The notes beneath the pieces were generated by a model. That model saw only the letters and a program-made list of their open reading frames with translations. It was not told the origin of the DNA and searched no databases. 64,000 nt of DNA from assembly GCA_012744445.1 (NCBI GenBank), contig JAAYBZ010000200.1, forward strand, positions 3,745 to 67,744, written 5' to 3'. This document shows, piece after piece, positions 1 to 9,254 of this stretch. The position numbers and the translations under genes are program-made. Position 1 is the first letter of the stretch. Each line of letters begins with the position of its first letter. The DNA comes from Myxococcales bacterium. Lineage in GTDB: Bacteria > Myxococcota_A > Polyangia > Polyangiales > Houyiibacteriaceae.

Positions 1-133
1 ACTTGATCGGGTTGTGATCGCGCCCGTCGAGCATGCGGAAGCTCAGGTCGGAGCGCCGCTCGCCCGTCACGAGCGAGACGGGCACGTTCAAGAGTCCGAA
101 GGAGAGGGTCCCTGACCAGATGGGCCGCGCCAT
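1..133 (-). CDS. ku: Ku-type NHEJ DNA end-binding protein, N-terminal fragment (gene runs off the window start)
   Basis: Minus-strand ATG at 133. My own translation is MARPIWSGTLSFGLLNVPVSLVTGERRSDLSFRMLDGRDHNPIK, which matches the conserved bacterial Ku N-terminus (W-x-G-x-[IL]-SFGL-[VL]-N-[IV]-PV). It starts 39 nt downstream of the ligD stop on the same strand. Confidence 0.85.
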   Translation of the reverse strand, partial: MARPIWSGTLSFGLLNVPVSLVTGERRSDLSFRMLDGRDHNPIK

Positions 134-172
134 GTCGATGCTCCCGCCGCGCGCGAGCGGCGCACGGCTCCC

Positions 173-2602
173 TCAGCGTACGCTGGCGAATTGATCCGAG
201 AGCCTCGCGCGGACCTCGTCGAGCCCCTGCCTGAGCTCGTCGTAGCCTTCCCATGGGTGAGAGGAGAGGCGCGCCACGCGGCGCCGCGCCTTGTGGAGGT
301 CGAACGCCGCGCCTCCCTCCACGCGGCCGAGCTCGGACCAGCGGAGCGGCATGGCGACGGGCGCGCCCTCGCGCGCGCGGAGCGAGAACGACGCCACCGC
401 CGTCGCACCTCGCGCGTTGCGGAGGTAGTCGACGTAGATCTTCCCCCCGCGTTCGGCGCGTGCCGACGTAGCGAGGAAGGCCTCCGGGTGGAGCGCGGCG
501 AGCCCTTCGGCGAAGGCCTTGGCGAACGCCTTCACCTCGTCGAAGGGCGACGCGGGCCGGAGCGGGATCACCACGTGGAGCCCCTTGCCTCCCGTCGTGC
601 GGACGAACGATGTCAGCCCCACGCGCTTTGCGATGTCTCGGACCCGGCGCGCCGCGTCGACCACGCGCGCGAAGGCGACGCCCGGACCGGGATCCAGATC
701 GAGGACGACCACGTCGGCGAGGTCGGGACGATCGGCACGCGCCCCCCACGGGTGGAGCTCGATCGCGTTGAACTGCACGAGCTCGCGGAGTCCGTCCGCG
801 TCGCGCACCACGAGGAAAGCGCCGCGGCCCGCTCCCCCGAGGCGGACGTCGTCCACGTGCTTCATGCCAGGCGTCTTGTGCTTCTGATAGAAGCAGGCCT
901 CGGCGATGCCGTTGGGACAGCGCACGATGGAGAGCGGCCGATCGCGCACCTCGGGGAGGACGTAGCCCATCACGGCCTCGTAGTACTCGGCGACCTCGGC
1001 CTTGGTGATGCCCTCCTTCGGAAAGAGGAGCTTGTCCGGGTTCGAGACGAGCTCGGCGCCCGTCGGCGTGCGTTCCACGTCGACCTCCAGATCCCTCGCA
1101 GACTTGTCCCTCCGGATCGACTTCAGCGAAGCCTGGCGGAGCAGGCCCGTCCGCGAGACGCCGCGATCGAAGACCTCCACCACGAGGCGCGGCTCGATCC
1201 ACCGCGCGCCCCGCAGATCGGTCGCGTGGGGCGGGACGTACACGGTCGGCTCGCTCCGTCCCCTCCCCTCGAGCGCGTGCGTGAGCTCGCGTCGGAGCGC
1301 GTCGCTCAGGCCCGTCCCCACACGCCCCACGTAGCGGAAGCCGTGGCGCGCATCCGGCGCGGCGAGGAGCAACGCGCCGAGGCTCGAGGCGAAGGCGCCC
1401 TTGCCGGGGGTGTAGCCGACGACGGCGTACTCCTCGGAGGCGAGGCGCTTGATCTTGCGCCACTCGTCGCTCCGCCCGGGACGATACGGGCGATCGTCGC
1501 GCTTCGAGACGATGCCCTCGAAGCCGTGCTCGCACGCGAGCGCGAAGGCATGCTCGCCCTGACCCTCGACGTGCGCGCTGAAGACGAGGCGCGGATCGGC
1601 GCCTTCGAGGATCTCGGCGAGGAGCGCCTTCCGATCGGCGAGCTTCGCACCCGAGACGTCGATCCCGTCGACGTGGAGGACGTCGAAGAGCGCGTAGCTC
1701 AGCGTGCCCTGGGCCTCGCCCGAGAGCACGGCTTGGAGGAGCGGGAAGTCGTCGCGACGGCCTCCGCCCGCGATGAGCTCTCCGTCGAGGAGCGCCGCGT
1801 CGAGGCCGAGCGATTCGAGCGACTCGCGCAGCTCGGGCAGGCGCTCGGTCCAGTCGAGGTGGTTGCGCGAGTAGAGGCGGGCCCTTCCGTCCGCGAGGAT
1901 CGCGAGGAGCCGATATCCGTCCCACTTGATCTCGTGGAGCCACCCTGCGCCTTGGGGGGGCTTCTCGAACGCGCGCGCGAGCTCGGGCGCGAAGGGCGCG
2001 ATCTCCCCTCGGGCAGGGACGGCGCCCGCGAGCTTCGACGCGCGCGTGCGGAGCCTCGACCTCTTGCGCTTCTTCGGCCGCGGCGCGCGCTCCACGAGGT
2101 CGTCGGCTTCGACGGAGGCCGCGTAGCGATCGCGATCCTTGATGAGGAGCCACTCGGGCTGCTTCGCCTCGCGATGCGTGCGCACGAGGTGCCAGCGCCC
2201 CTTGAGCTTCTCGCCGAAGAGCTCGAAGGCGAGGTGGCCCTTCTCGAGCGCGGCCTCGGGATCGCCTTCGGTGGTCCACGCGCCCGCGTCGAAGCGCGCG
2301 ACGTGCCCGGCGCCGTATTCGCCCTCCGGGATCTCGCCCTCGAACGCGGCGTATTCGAGCGGGTGATCCTCGACCTCCACGGCGAGGCGCTTCACGTCCG
2401 GGTCGAAGCTCGGTCCCTTGGGCACGGCCCAGCTCCGGAGGACGTCGCCGACCTGGAGGCGGAGATCGTAGTGACGTCGCCGCGCGTGGTGGAGCTGCAC
2501 TACGAAGATCGGGCGCCGACCTCGCGGCTTCTTCGTGCGCGTGGCCGATGGCTCGCGCGTCTTCTCGAACGAGCGCTTCCTTCGATACTCGGCGAGGCCC
2601 AC
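173..2602 (-). CDS. ligD: Multidomain ATP-dependent DNA ligase LigD (phosphoesterase - ligase - primase/polymerase)
   Basis: 809-aa ORF with a GTG start. N-terminal 3'-phosphoesterase signature (FVVQLHHARRRHYDLRL). Central ligase adenylation motif I (EIKWDGYR). C-terminal LigD polymerase-like region (GGKGLHVVIPL, KIYVDYLRN). Adjacent to ku. Confidence 0.95.
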   Translation of the reverse strand: MGLAEYRRKRSFEKTREPSATRTKKPRGRRPIFVVQLHHARRRHYDLRLQVGDVLRSWAVPKGPSFDPDVKRLAVEVEDHPLEYAAFEGEIPEGEYGAGHVARFDAGAWTTEGDPEAALEKGHLAFELFGEKLKGRWHLVRTHREAKQPEWLLIKDRDRYAASVEADDLVERAPRPKKRKRSRLRTRASKLAGAVPARGEIAPFAPELARAFEKPPQGAGWLHEIKWDGYRLLAILADGRARLYSRNHLDWTERLPELRESLESLGLDAALLDGELIAGGGRRDDFPLLQAVLSGEAQGTLSYALFDVLHVDGIDVSGAKLADRKALLAEILEGADPRLVFSAHVEGQGEHAFALACEHGFEGIVSKRDDRPYRPGRSDEWRKIKRLASEEYAVVGYTPGKGAFASSLGALLLAAPDARHGFRYVGRVGTGLSDALRRELTHALEGRGRSEPTVYVPPHATDLRGARWIEPRLVVEVFDRGVSRTGLLRQASLKSIRRDKSARDLEVDVERTPTGAELVSNPDKLLFPKEGITKAEVAEYYEAVMGYVLPEVRDRPLSIVRCPNGIAEACFYQKHKTPGMKHVDDVRLGGAGRGAFLVVRDADGLRELVQFNAIELHPWGARADRPDLADVVVLDLDPGPGVAFARVVDAARRVRDIAKRVGLTSFVRTTGGKGLHVVIPLRPASPFDEVKAFAKAFAEGLAALHPEAFLATSARAERGGKIYVDYLRNARGATAVASFSLRAREGAPVAMPLRWSELGRVEGGAAFDLHKARRRVARLSSHPWEGYDELRQGLDEVRARLSDQFASVR

Positions 2603-2765
2603 GGGAGGAGTACACGACGGGTCGGCCTCCGCCGTTGAGAGGAGCGCGGGCGTCGCCGGCGCCTCCGCCTGTTGGCCCGATTCCTGCTCGTACGTCGGAT
2701 GAAGACGGTCAACCGTCCCTGAAATGGGCCTCTACCCACCCACGGTTTCGGCCCGAGGAAGACTC

Positions 2766-2964
2766 CATGCACATCACGCTCGAACACGAATTCGACCTCG
2801 AGGACACCTACGCGAAGCTCGGCGAGCTCGCCGAGAATCCGCCTCATTTCGCGACCTCCGACGCGTTCGCCGACGAGGACGACGCGCCCGTCGCGTTCGA
2901 CGGAAGGCTCGACTGCGGTGCGCTCGATCTCGATCTCGAATGCCAGGGGGCGCGTCTCGCCTGA
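2766..2964 (+). CDS. Small acidic hypothetical protein (65 aa)
   Basis: Internal ATG of track ORF 2548..2964. High GC3 from this ATG onward. No recognisable motif. A 7-bp stem hairpin (gcttcgc agc gcgaagc, 2986..3002) lies downstream. Confidence 0.3.
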
Positions 2965-3049
2965 CGCAGATCAAGTGCGTCGTGTGCTTCGCAGCGCGAA
3001 GCGCGCGACGCGGCCTTGACGTCATCGGAGGGGGCACCACCCTAGGGGG

Positions 3050-3463
3050 ATGTCCGAGTCTTCTCCCGAGCTCACGCCGTTCGATCTGATGGGCGGCCGT
3101 GAGGCCGTGATCGCGCTCGCGGAGCGCTTCTACGACGTGATGGAGGAGATCGAGCCCGATCTCGCCGCGCTCCACGAGCTCGACGAAGACGGCCGCGTCG
3201 CGCGAGGACCGCGCGAGCGCTTCGGCCTCTTCCTGATCGGTTGGCTCGGCGGGCCGCAGGACTACATGGCGCAGTACGGGCACCCGCGCCTCCGCATGCG
3301 GCACGCGCGCGTGCCCGTCGACGTGCGCATGCGCGACGCCTGGGTGCGTTGCATGCTCACGGCCATGAAGTCCACGCCGATGCCCGACGATCTCCGCGCC
3401 TTCCTCGAGGTGCGCTTCGCCGAGGTCGCCGACTTCCTCCGCAACGTGCCCGAGGCCGGATGA
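3050..3463 (+). CDS. Group II truncated hemoglobin (trHbO / YjbI-like)
   Basis: 137 aa. TPFDLMGG..AV..LAERFYDVM (B9-B10 Phe-Tyr) and the MRHARVPV region (proximal His context) are typical of 2-on-2 globins of group II. Confidence 0.8.
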   Translation: MSESSPELTPFDLMGGREAVIALAERFYDVMEEIEPDLAALHELDEDGRVARGPRERFGLFLIGWLGGPQDYMAQYGHPRLRMRHARVPVDVRMRDAWVRCMLTAMKSTPMPDDLRAFLEVRFAEVADFLRNVPEAG

Positions 3464-4137
3464 TCCGCCGCCGCGCGGTGATGAGCTGGAGCAGCGGCAA
3501 GGACTCCGCGTACGCGCTCCACGTCGCGCGCGTGTCGGGAGCGCTCGACGTCGTCGCGCTCCTCTCCACCGTGAACGAGAGCGTCGATCGCGTCTCGATG
3601 CACGGCGTTCGCCGCTCGCTCCTCGAGCGGCAGGCCGAGGCGCTCGGGCTCCCGCTCCTCACGGTGGAGCTGCCCGATCCCTGCACCAACGAGGTCTACG
3701 AAGCGCGGATGGCCGCCTTCGTGGAGCGCGCGCGGGCGATGGGCGTCGAGGCGATGATCTTCGGCGATCTCTTCCTCGAGGACATCCGCGCCTATCGCGA
3801 GTCGCGCCTCGAGGGCACCGGCATCGAGGCGGTCTTCCCCATCTTCGGCCGAGACACGAAGGAGCTCGCCGAGTCGATGTGGCGCGAGGGCATCGTCGCC
3901 ACGCTCACCACCGTGGACACCCGCGTCGTCCCCGAGGCGCTCGTCGGCCGGCGCTGGGATCGCGCGCTCGTCGAGGCCTTCCCCGAAGGCGTCGATCCCT
4001 GCGGCGAGAACGGCGAGTTCCACTCGTTCGTGAGCGACGGCCCCGGGTTCTCGCGCCCCATCGCGATCGAGGTCGGCGAGGTGGTGCGACGCGATCCCTT
4101 CGTCTACGCCGATCTCTTCGAGGCGCAGAGGCCCTGA
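3460..4137 (+). CDS. PP-loop ATP pyrophosphatase of the MJ0570/Dph6 (diphthine-ammonia ligase-like) family
   Basis: Start ATG at 3460 overlaps the globin stop (ATGA). N-terminal PP-loop SWSSGKDS. C-terminal GENGEFHSFV motif typical of this family. The upstream 73 codons of the track ORF are an out-of-frame overlap with the globin gene. Confidence 0.8.
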   Translation: MIRRRAVMSWSSGKDSAYALHVARVSGALDVVALLSTVNESVDRVSMHGVRRSLLERQAEALGLPLLTVELPDPCTNEVYEARMAAFVERARAMGVEAMIFGDLFLEDIRAYRESRLEGTGIEAVFPIFGRDTKELAESMWREGIVATLTTVDTRVVPEALVGRRWDRALVEAFPEGVDPCGENGEFHSFVSDGPGFSRPIAIEVGEVVRRDPFVYADLFEAQRP

Positions 4138-4297
4138 TCAGGCGGGCTCCTGCGAGTCGCGCGAGCGGGCTCCCCCCGAAACCCGTTCGTTGCGCGTTCG
4201 CAAGAGCCCGTCCGAACCATCCTAATCGCGGGGAACCCGAATTCACGCACCGCCACGTAAATTCGACCGGGCGGGTGTTTTTTCCCGTCGCGCGCGA

Positions 4298-4897
4298 TCA
4301 ATCGCCCGAGAGCGCGCGTTCGACGAGCGATTTGGCGCGCCCCGAGAGCGGGAGCCCCAGCGCGAGCTCGTGCCCCCGGGGACTCATCTTGGCCCAGGTC
4401 TTCCGGAGGATGTCGATCACCTTCTCGTCGTCGTAGTCGTCGATGAAAGGGACGAAGTCGTGCGCGAGGAAGGCGAGGCAGAGCGCGTCCTCCATCGTCT
4501 GCACCTCGGGATCGCGCTTGAGCGAGCGCTTGAGGTTGATGCGCTCCACCGCGGCGCGCGTCTCCTCGTCGAACCCTACGTCCGCGAGGATCGCGCCGGC
4601 CAGCTCGGCGTGCATCTCGGCGAGGCGGCGGCGCCAGCGGAGGTAGCCCTCGCGCCCCTCGGGGTATTCGGAGCGCGGGATGCGGAAGCGCCCGAGGTGC
4701 TGGCAGCGCGCGGCGAGCCGGAGCGCGACGCTCGGCGACGGATCGACGCGGTGGAGCCACGCCTCGAGCTCGTCGGCCTTGGCGAGCTCGCGCGGCTTCG
4801 TCACTCCGTCGACCTCGACCGTGCGCGGGTCTTCGGCGTTGATCGCGTCGAAACGACGGTGGGCCTCGCGGATCATCGACTCGGTGGGCTCGGACAT
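4298..4897 (-). CDS. DUF4202-family protein
   Basis: Internal ATG (MSEPTESMI...) of track ORF 4298..5170. The motif ARCQHLGRFRIPRSEYPEGREGYLRWRRRL matches my recollection of the DUF4202 signature (QH..R..IPR..YP.GR.GYL.WR). Confidence 0.7.
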   Translation of the reverse strand: MSEPTESMIREAHRRFDAINAEDPRTVEVDGVTKPRELAKADELEAWLHRVDPSPSVALRLAARCQHLGRFRIPRSEYPEGREGYLRWRRRLAEMHAELAGAILADVGFDEETRAAVERINLKRSLKRDPEVQTMEDALCLAFLAHDFVPFIDDYDDEKVIDILRKTWAKMSPRGHELALGLPLSGRAKSLVERALSGD

Positions 4898-4985
4898 GCG
4901 GCGAGTCTTGCGCGCGTCCCCCCCGCCGGCAATCGAGGCTTCCCCTCCGCCGCGTTCGCGTGGATACTCCGCGCCGGAGTAGAAC

Positions 4986-5378
4986 ATGTTCCAGAAATTC
5001 GTGTTTTGGACCGGTGCCCTCGACTTCCTCGTGGGCTTCGGGACGTGGGCCGGCGCCGTCGGCGTCGCCATGAACGAGGTGCCGGTCACGGGGCAGTTCG
5101 TCCCGCTCATCACCCTCGGGACCTTCCTCTGCATGGCGGCGGGCTGCTTGATGTGGGCCTCGCGGGACATCGAGGGGCGCTCGCCGGTGCTCTTCTGGCA
5201 GGGCCTCGTGCGGCTCTCGGCCGTGGCCGCCGTGATCTACGCGGTGCCGCACGCGCTCTCCGAGACCTGGGAGTACGCCCTCCTCGGCTTCGACGGCCCC
5301 ATCGGCCTCGCCTACGTGATCGGCGCGATCAAGCGGAGCGGCCGGAGCTTCCTCGACCACCTCCTCGTCCGCGTCTGA
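4986..5378 (+). CDS. Hypothetical integral membrane protein (about 4 TM)
   Basis: 130-aa ORF with four hydrophobic segments and high GC3. Divergent from the DUF4202 gene. No family recognised. Confidence 0.55.
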   Translation: MFQKFVFWTGALDFLVGFGTWAGAVGVAMNEVPVTGQFVPLITLGTFLCMAAGCLMWASRDIEGRSPVLFWQGLVRLSAVAAVIYAVPHALSETWEYALLGFDGPIGLAYVIGAIKRSGRSFLDHLLVRV

Positions 5379-5476
5379 CCGGGCGCGAGGGGGCCCGGGT
5401 TGCGGCCTTTTCGCCATCGTGTTGCAAATGGCTGGCCTCGCCCTGGCGCGCCCCGTAAGGTGCGCGCGCGTTTCCC

Positions 5477-7111
5477 ATGACGCTCGCCCTCCTCACCGTC
5501 CTCCTCTCGGTCGCCGCCGGCGCCGGGCTCGCCTTCCTCGGCGGGCGTGATCGGCGGCACCTCGCGCGCGTCGTGGACTCCTTCTCGCTCGTCGCGTGCA
5601 TGGTGGTGGTGATCGTCCACCTCCTCCCCCACGCCATCTCGCGGGCGGGGCTGCTCGCGTTGCTCCCCTTCGCGGCGGCGCTCCTCATCCCGCTCTACTT
5701 CGAGCGCTGGGCGCACCAACGCGCCGGAGAACATGCGCACGGGCGCGCCGCGCTCGAGATCGGCTACGCCGGCCTGCTCCTCCACCAGATGGGCGACGGC
5801 CTCGGCCTCGGGACCTTCGCGAGCGGGGCCCACGAGGGGCACGATCACGTGGAGCTCGCCGTCGCGATCTTCGCGCACACGGTGCCCGTCGCGGCCGTGG
5901 TGACCCTCGCCTTCATCCGACACGCGGGCGCGCGGAGCGCCCTCCTCCGGGCGGCCGGGCTCGCGGGCGCGGGCTTCGTCGGCGTGGCGCTAGCCGGGGG
6001 CACGCCGAGCGCCTTCCTCGCCGTCTCCGAGCCCTGGGTCACGGCCGTGGTGGCGGGGCTGCTCCTGCACGTGATCACGCACGACTTCCGGCCCGAAGGC
6101 GGGCGGGGCACCTCGGCGCGCCTCGCCGAGCTCGTGGCGCTCGTGCTGGGCGTGGGCCTCGTGCTCCTCGGCGCCGGCGATCACGGCCACCACGAGGCAG
6201 ACGGCTTTCGCGTCGAGCTCGAGCGCGCCCTCTCCACCCTCGGCGCGACCGTCGCCCCCACCGTGCTCCTCGGCCTCGTCGCCGGCGCCCTCGTCCGCGC
6301 CCTCCGGGTCCCCATGCCCGGCGCGTTCTTCGAGGGGCGCGACCGCAAGCACGGCGTCCCCGAGCTCTTCGTGGTGGCGCTCGCCATCTCACTCCAGCTC
6401 TTCGGGCTGCTCTTCTCGGGGCTCTACCTCGCGGTCGCCCTCCTCCTCGCGGTGGCCGGCGCGCGCGTCGCGGGTGTGGCGCCCTTCGTCCGACGCGCCG
6501 GCGAGGGCGAGGGCTTCGTCCGAGCGTTCCGCCGGGACCTCGACCTCCTCTTCACGCGGCTCGCCCCTTGGCTCGTCTTCGGCCTCGTGGCCGCCGCCTA
6601 CGCGTCGGCCGGCGTCGCGTCCGGCGCGTTCGAGGGGATGGGCGCGCTCGGCGTCGCGATGGCCGCCGCGATCGCCTTCCCCATCGCGCTCTCGTCGGCG
6701 GGGGGTGTCGTGGTGATGTTCGTCGCCGTCCTCGAAGGGCTGAGCCCGGGTGCGGCACTCGCCTCGCTCGTGGTCGGTCCGGCCACGAGCCTCGCGGTCG
6801 ACGAAGGCGTGGGCGAGCGGAAGAAGCCCGCGCGTGCGGCGAGCTGGGGCGTGTGGATCGCCGCCGTCGCGATCGGCGTCGCCCTCGACCTCACCGTCTT
6901 CCGGACGGGACCGGCCCTCGAGGTGCCCGCGCGCTTCCCCCGCGCGATCGAGCTCGCGGCGTCGGCCGCCCTCGGCGCGGCCATGCTCTGGATCCTCGTG
7001 CGCGACGGCGTGCGAGCCTTCCTCGGCTCGCTCGGCGAGTCGCTCGGCGCCCTCCCGAACGGTCACGATCATGGCCACGACCACGGCGGCCACGGTCACC
7101 ACGCCCACTGA
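5477..7111 (+). CDS. Putative metal-ion transporter: ZIP-like N-terminal half fused to a permease-like C-terminal half, with a His-rich tail
   Basis: 544 aa and polytopic. ZIP-type motifs are HLLPH, LHQMGDGLGLG (H-x3-DG-x3-G), AIFAHTVPVA and LLLHVITHD. There is a His cluster GDHGHHEADG mid-protein. The C-terminus is PNGHDHGHDHGGHGHHAH. Confidence 0.7.
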   Translation: MTLALLTVLLSVAAGAGLAFLGGRDRRHLARVVDSFSLVACMVVVIVHLLPHAISRAGLLALLPFAAALLIPLYFERWAHQRAGEHAHGRAALEIGYAGLLLHQMGDGLGLGTFASGAHEGHDHVELAVAIFAHTVPVAAVVTLAFIRHAGARSALLRAAGLAGAGFVGVALAGGTPSAFLAVSEPWVTAVVAGLLLHVITHDFRPEGGRGTSARLAELVALVLGVGLVLLGAGDHGHHEADGFRVELERALSTLGATVAPTVLLGLVAGALVRALRVPMPGAFFEGRDRKHGVPELFVVALAISLQLFGLLFSGLYLAVALLLAVAGARVAGVAPFVRRAGEGEGFVRAFRRDLDLLFTRLAPWLVFGLVAAAYASAGVASGAFEGMGALGVAMAAAIAFPIALSSAGGVVVMFVAVLEGLSPGAALASLVVGPATSLAVDEGVGERKKPARAASWGVWIAAVAIGVALDLTVFRTGPALEVPARFPRAIELAASAALGAAMLWILVRDGVRAFLGSLGESLGALPNGHDHGHDHGGHGHHAH

Positions 7112-7158
7112 CGCTCGAATTCGCGACGCGCGCCGAGGAGCTTCGCTATAAGGGACGC

Positions 7159-7644
7159 ATGCGCGTCTTGGTGCTCCGCCACGGCCAAGCGGTCGACTCG
7201 TTCGAAGCGCTCACGGACGAGCAGCGTTGGCTCACGCCCACGGGAAGGGCGCGCGTCGCGCGCATGGCCGATGTCCTCGTCGCCGAGGGCTGGGCGCCGC
7301 GCGTGATCTTCACGAGCCCGCTCGTGCGCGCCGTGCAGACGGCGGAGATCCTCGCCGCGGCGTCGCCGCGCCTCGAGCGCGTGGAGGTGAACGTCGCGCT
7401 CGCGCCCGAGCGCGGGACCACGGCGCAGGCCCTCGCCTGCCTCGACGAGCTCGACAAGAACGACACGGTGGCCCTCGTGAGCCACGAACCCAAGGTCCGC
7501 GTGCTCACGGGGCACCTCGCGCAGCTCGCTCACCTCCCGATCTTCGCGCCGGGGGCGGCGACGCTCGTCGACCTCCGCGTCGAGCCGCCGCGCGCGGTGA
7601 TGATCGAGCCGACCAACTTCGCGCGCTTCGACCTCCGCCGGTGA
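7159..7644 (+). CDS. Histidine phosphatase superfamily protein, SixA-like
   Basis: MRVLVLRHGQA (RHG catalytic motif), SPLVRAVQTAEI and a later SHEP motif. About 161 aa, the typical SixA size. Confidence 0.8.
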   Translation: MRVLVLRHGQAVDSFEALTDEQRWLTPTGRARVARMADVLVAEGWAPRVIFTSPLVRAVQTAEILAAASPRLERVEVNVALAPERGTTAQALACLDELDKNDTVALVSHEPKVRVLTGHLAQLAHLPIFAPGAATLVDLRVEPPRAVMIEPTNFARFDLRR

Positions 7645-7647
7645 GCC

Positions 7648-9225
7648 TCAGTTCACCTGGCGCGTGCGATCGCCCCAGTAGCGCGCGCGGAGCGCCTTCT
7701 TGTCGGGCTTGGCGAGGGCCGAGAGCGGGATCGAGTCGACGAAGTCGACCGACTTGGGCGCCTGCACCGAGCCCTTCTTGACCTTCACGAGGTCCATGAG
7801 CTCGTGCGCGAGCGCGTCGCTCGGCTCGTGGCCCGGGCGGAGCACGACGACCGCCTTCACGGCCTCGCCCCACTTCTCCTCGGGCACGCCGATGACCGCG
7901 ACCTGCGCGACGGCCGGGTGCGTGGCGATCACGTCCTCGACCTCGCGCGGGAAGACGTTGAAGCCGCCGGTGACGATCATGTCCTTCTTGCGGTCGACGA
8001 TGTAGAGGAAGCCGTCCTCGTCGAAGCGGCCCACGTCGCCCGTGTGGAGCCAGCCGCCCGCGAGCGTCTCCTCGGTGGCCTCCGGCAGCTTGTGGTAGCC
8101 CTGCATGACGAGGGGGCCGCGGACGCAGATCTCGCCGGCCTCGCCCTTGGGCACGGGCTTGTTGTCGTCGTCGAGGAGCGCGACGTGGACCCACGGCGTC
8201 GGACGACCGCAGGAGGCGAGGCGCTCGGGCTTGGAGAGGTCGTGGTCGGCCTTCTTGAGGTGCGAGATCACCATCGGCGCCTCGGACTGGCCGAAGAACT
8301 GGAAGAAGATCTGGCCCCAGCGCTCGAGCCCCTCCTTGAGGCGCGCCGGGCTCATGGGCGAGGCGCCGTAGAAGAGGGTCTTCAGGCTCGAGAGGTCGGC
8401 CGTCTTGCCGCGCGGATGATCGAGGAGGGCGTAGATCATCACCGGCACGAGGAAGGTCGTGGTGATCGCGTGCTGCTCGACCATGTCGAAGAAGGCGTCG
8501 GGCGTGAAGCCCTTCATGACGTAGAGCGCGCCGCCCTTCTGGAGCGTGGGCACGAAGACCGCCGCGGCCGCGTGGGAGAGCGGCGTCGCGATGAGGAAGC
8601 GGATCTCCTCCGGGAACTCCCACTCGGCCATCTGCACCATCGTCATGTAGGCGCCAGAGCGGAAGGGCTGGATCACGCCCTTGGGGCGACCCGTGGTGCC
8701 GCCGGTGTACACGATGGTGTTGAGGTCCTCGGGCGAGATCTCGGCCGCGACGAGGGGCTTGGGCTCGAAGGTCTCGGCGAGCTTGGGATAGTCGACGCCG
8801 ACCTCGGACGGACCGAACGCGAGGAAGCGCTTGAGCCCCGGCACGCGCTCCTTGAGCTCCTTGGCGCGCTGCTCGAAGCCTTGCGGATCGAAGATGAGCG
8901 TGTCGATCCCGGCGTCCTCGATCATGTAGGCGTGGTCGTCGAGCGAGCCGAGGGGGTGGAGGGCCGTGGTGCAGAGGCCGGAGATCGACGAAGCGGCGAT
9001 GTTGTAGAGGACCTCGGGGCGGTTGCCCGAGATCACCGCCACGCGCGAGCCCACGCCGAGCCCCTGCGAGGCGAGCGCCTGCACGTACTGGCTGGTCCGC
9101 TCGCGCACCTCCTTGTAGGTGGCGACGGTCTCGCCGAGGAAGAGGCACGGCCGGTCGTCGTAACGGTTGAGCCCCTCGATGATGAGGTGGGGCATCAGCG
9201 GCATGTGGTGGAGTGCAGAAGACAT
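7648..9225 (-). CDS. AMP-dependent acyl-CoA synthetase/ligase (fatty-acid-CoA ligase-like)
   Basis: Internal ATG (MSSALHHMPL...). AMP-binding motif IVYTGGTTGRPKGV, GWLHTGDVG, and the C-terminal PKSVDFVDSIPLSALAKPDK. Confidence 0.9.
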   Translation of the reverse strand: MSSALHHMPLMPHLIIEGLNRYDDRPCLFLGETVATYKEVRERTSQYVQALASQGLGVGSRVAVISGNRPEVLYNIAASSISGLCTTALHPLGSLDDHAYMIEDAGIDTLIFDPQGFEQRAKELKERVPGLKRFLAFGPSEVGVDYPKLAETFEPKPLVAAEISPEDLNTIVYTGGTTGRPKGVIQPFRSGAYMTMVQMAEWEFPEEIRFLIATPLSHAAAAVFVPTLQKGGALYVMKGFTPDAFFDMVEQHAITTTFLVPVMIYALLDHPRGKTADLSSLKTLFYGASPMSPARLKEGLERWGQIFFQFFGQSEAPMVISHLKKADHDLSKPERLASCGRPTPWVHVALLDDDNKPVPKGEAGEICVRGPLVMQGYHKLPEATEETLAGGWLHTGDVGRFDEDGFLYIVDRKKDMIVTGGFNVFPREVEDVIATHPAVAQVAVIGVPEEKWGEAVKAVVVLRPGHEPSDALAHELMDLVKVKKGSVQAPKSVDFVDSIPLSALAKPDKKALRARYWGDRTRQVN

Positions 9226-9254
9226 GAAGCGTCCTGTCCGTGGTTCAGGGCGGG

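Noticed and set aside
191-2638. 815-aa plus-strand ORF opposite ligD, plus several nested ORFs (88..408, 253..471, 519..887, 1002..1334 and others)
   Set aside because: The minus-strand frame carries unambiguous LigD motifs. The plus-strand products are Arg/Glu/Ala-rich nonsense, typical of stop-codon-poor GC-rich DNA.
4255-4295. Possible terminator gaccgggcgggtg-tttttt-cccgtc between the PP-loop ATPase and DUF4202 genes
   Set aside because: The stem is short and needs a bulge (gac(c)ggg / cccgtc), and the T-run sits inside the loop rather than after the stem. This is not convincing.
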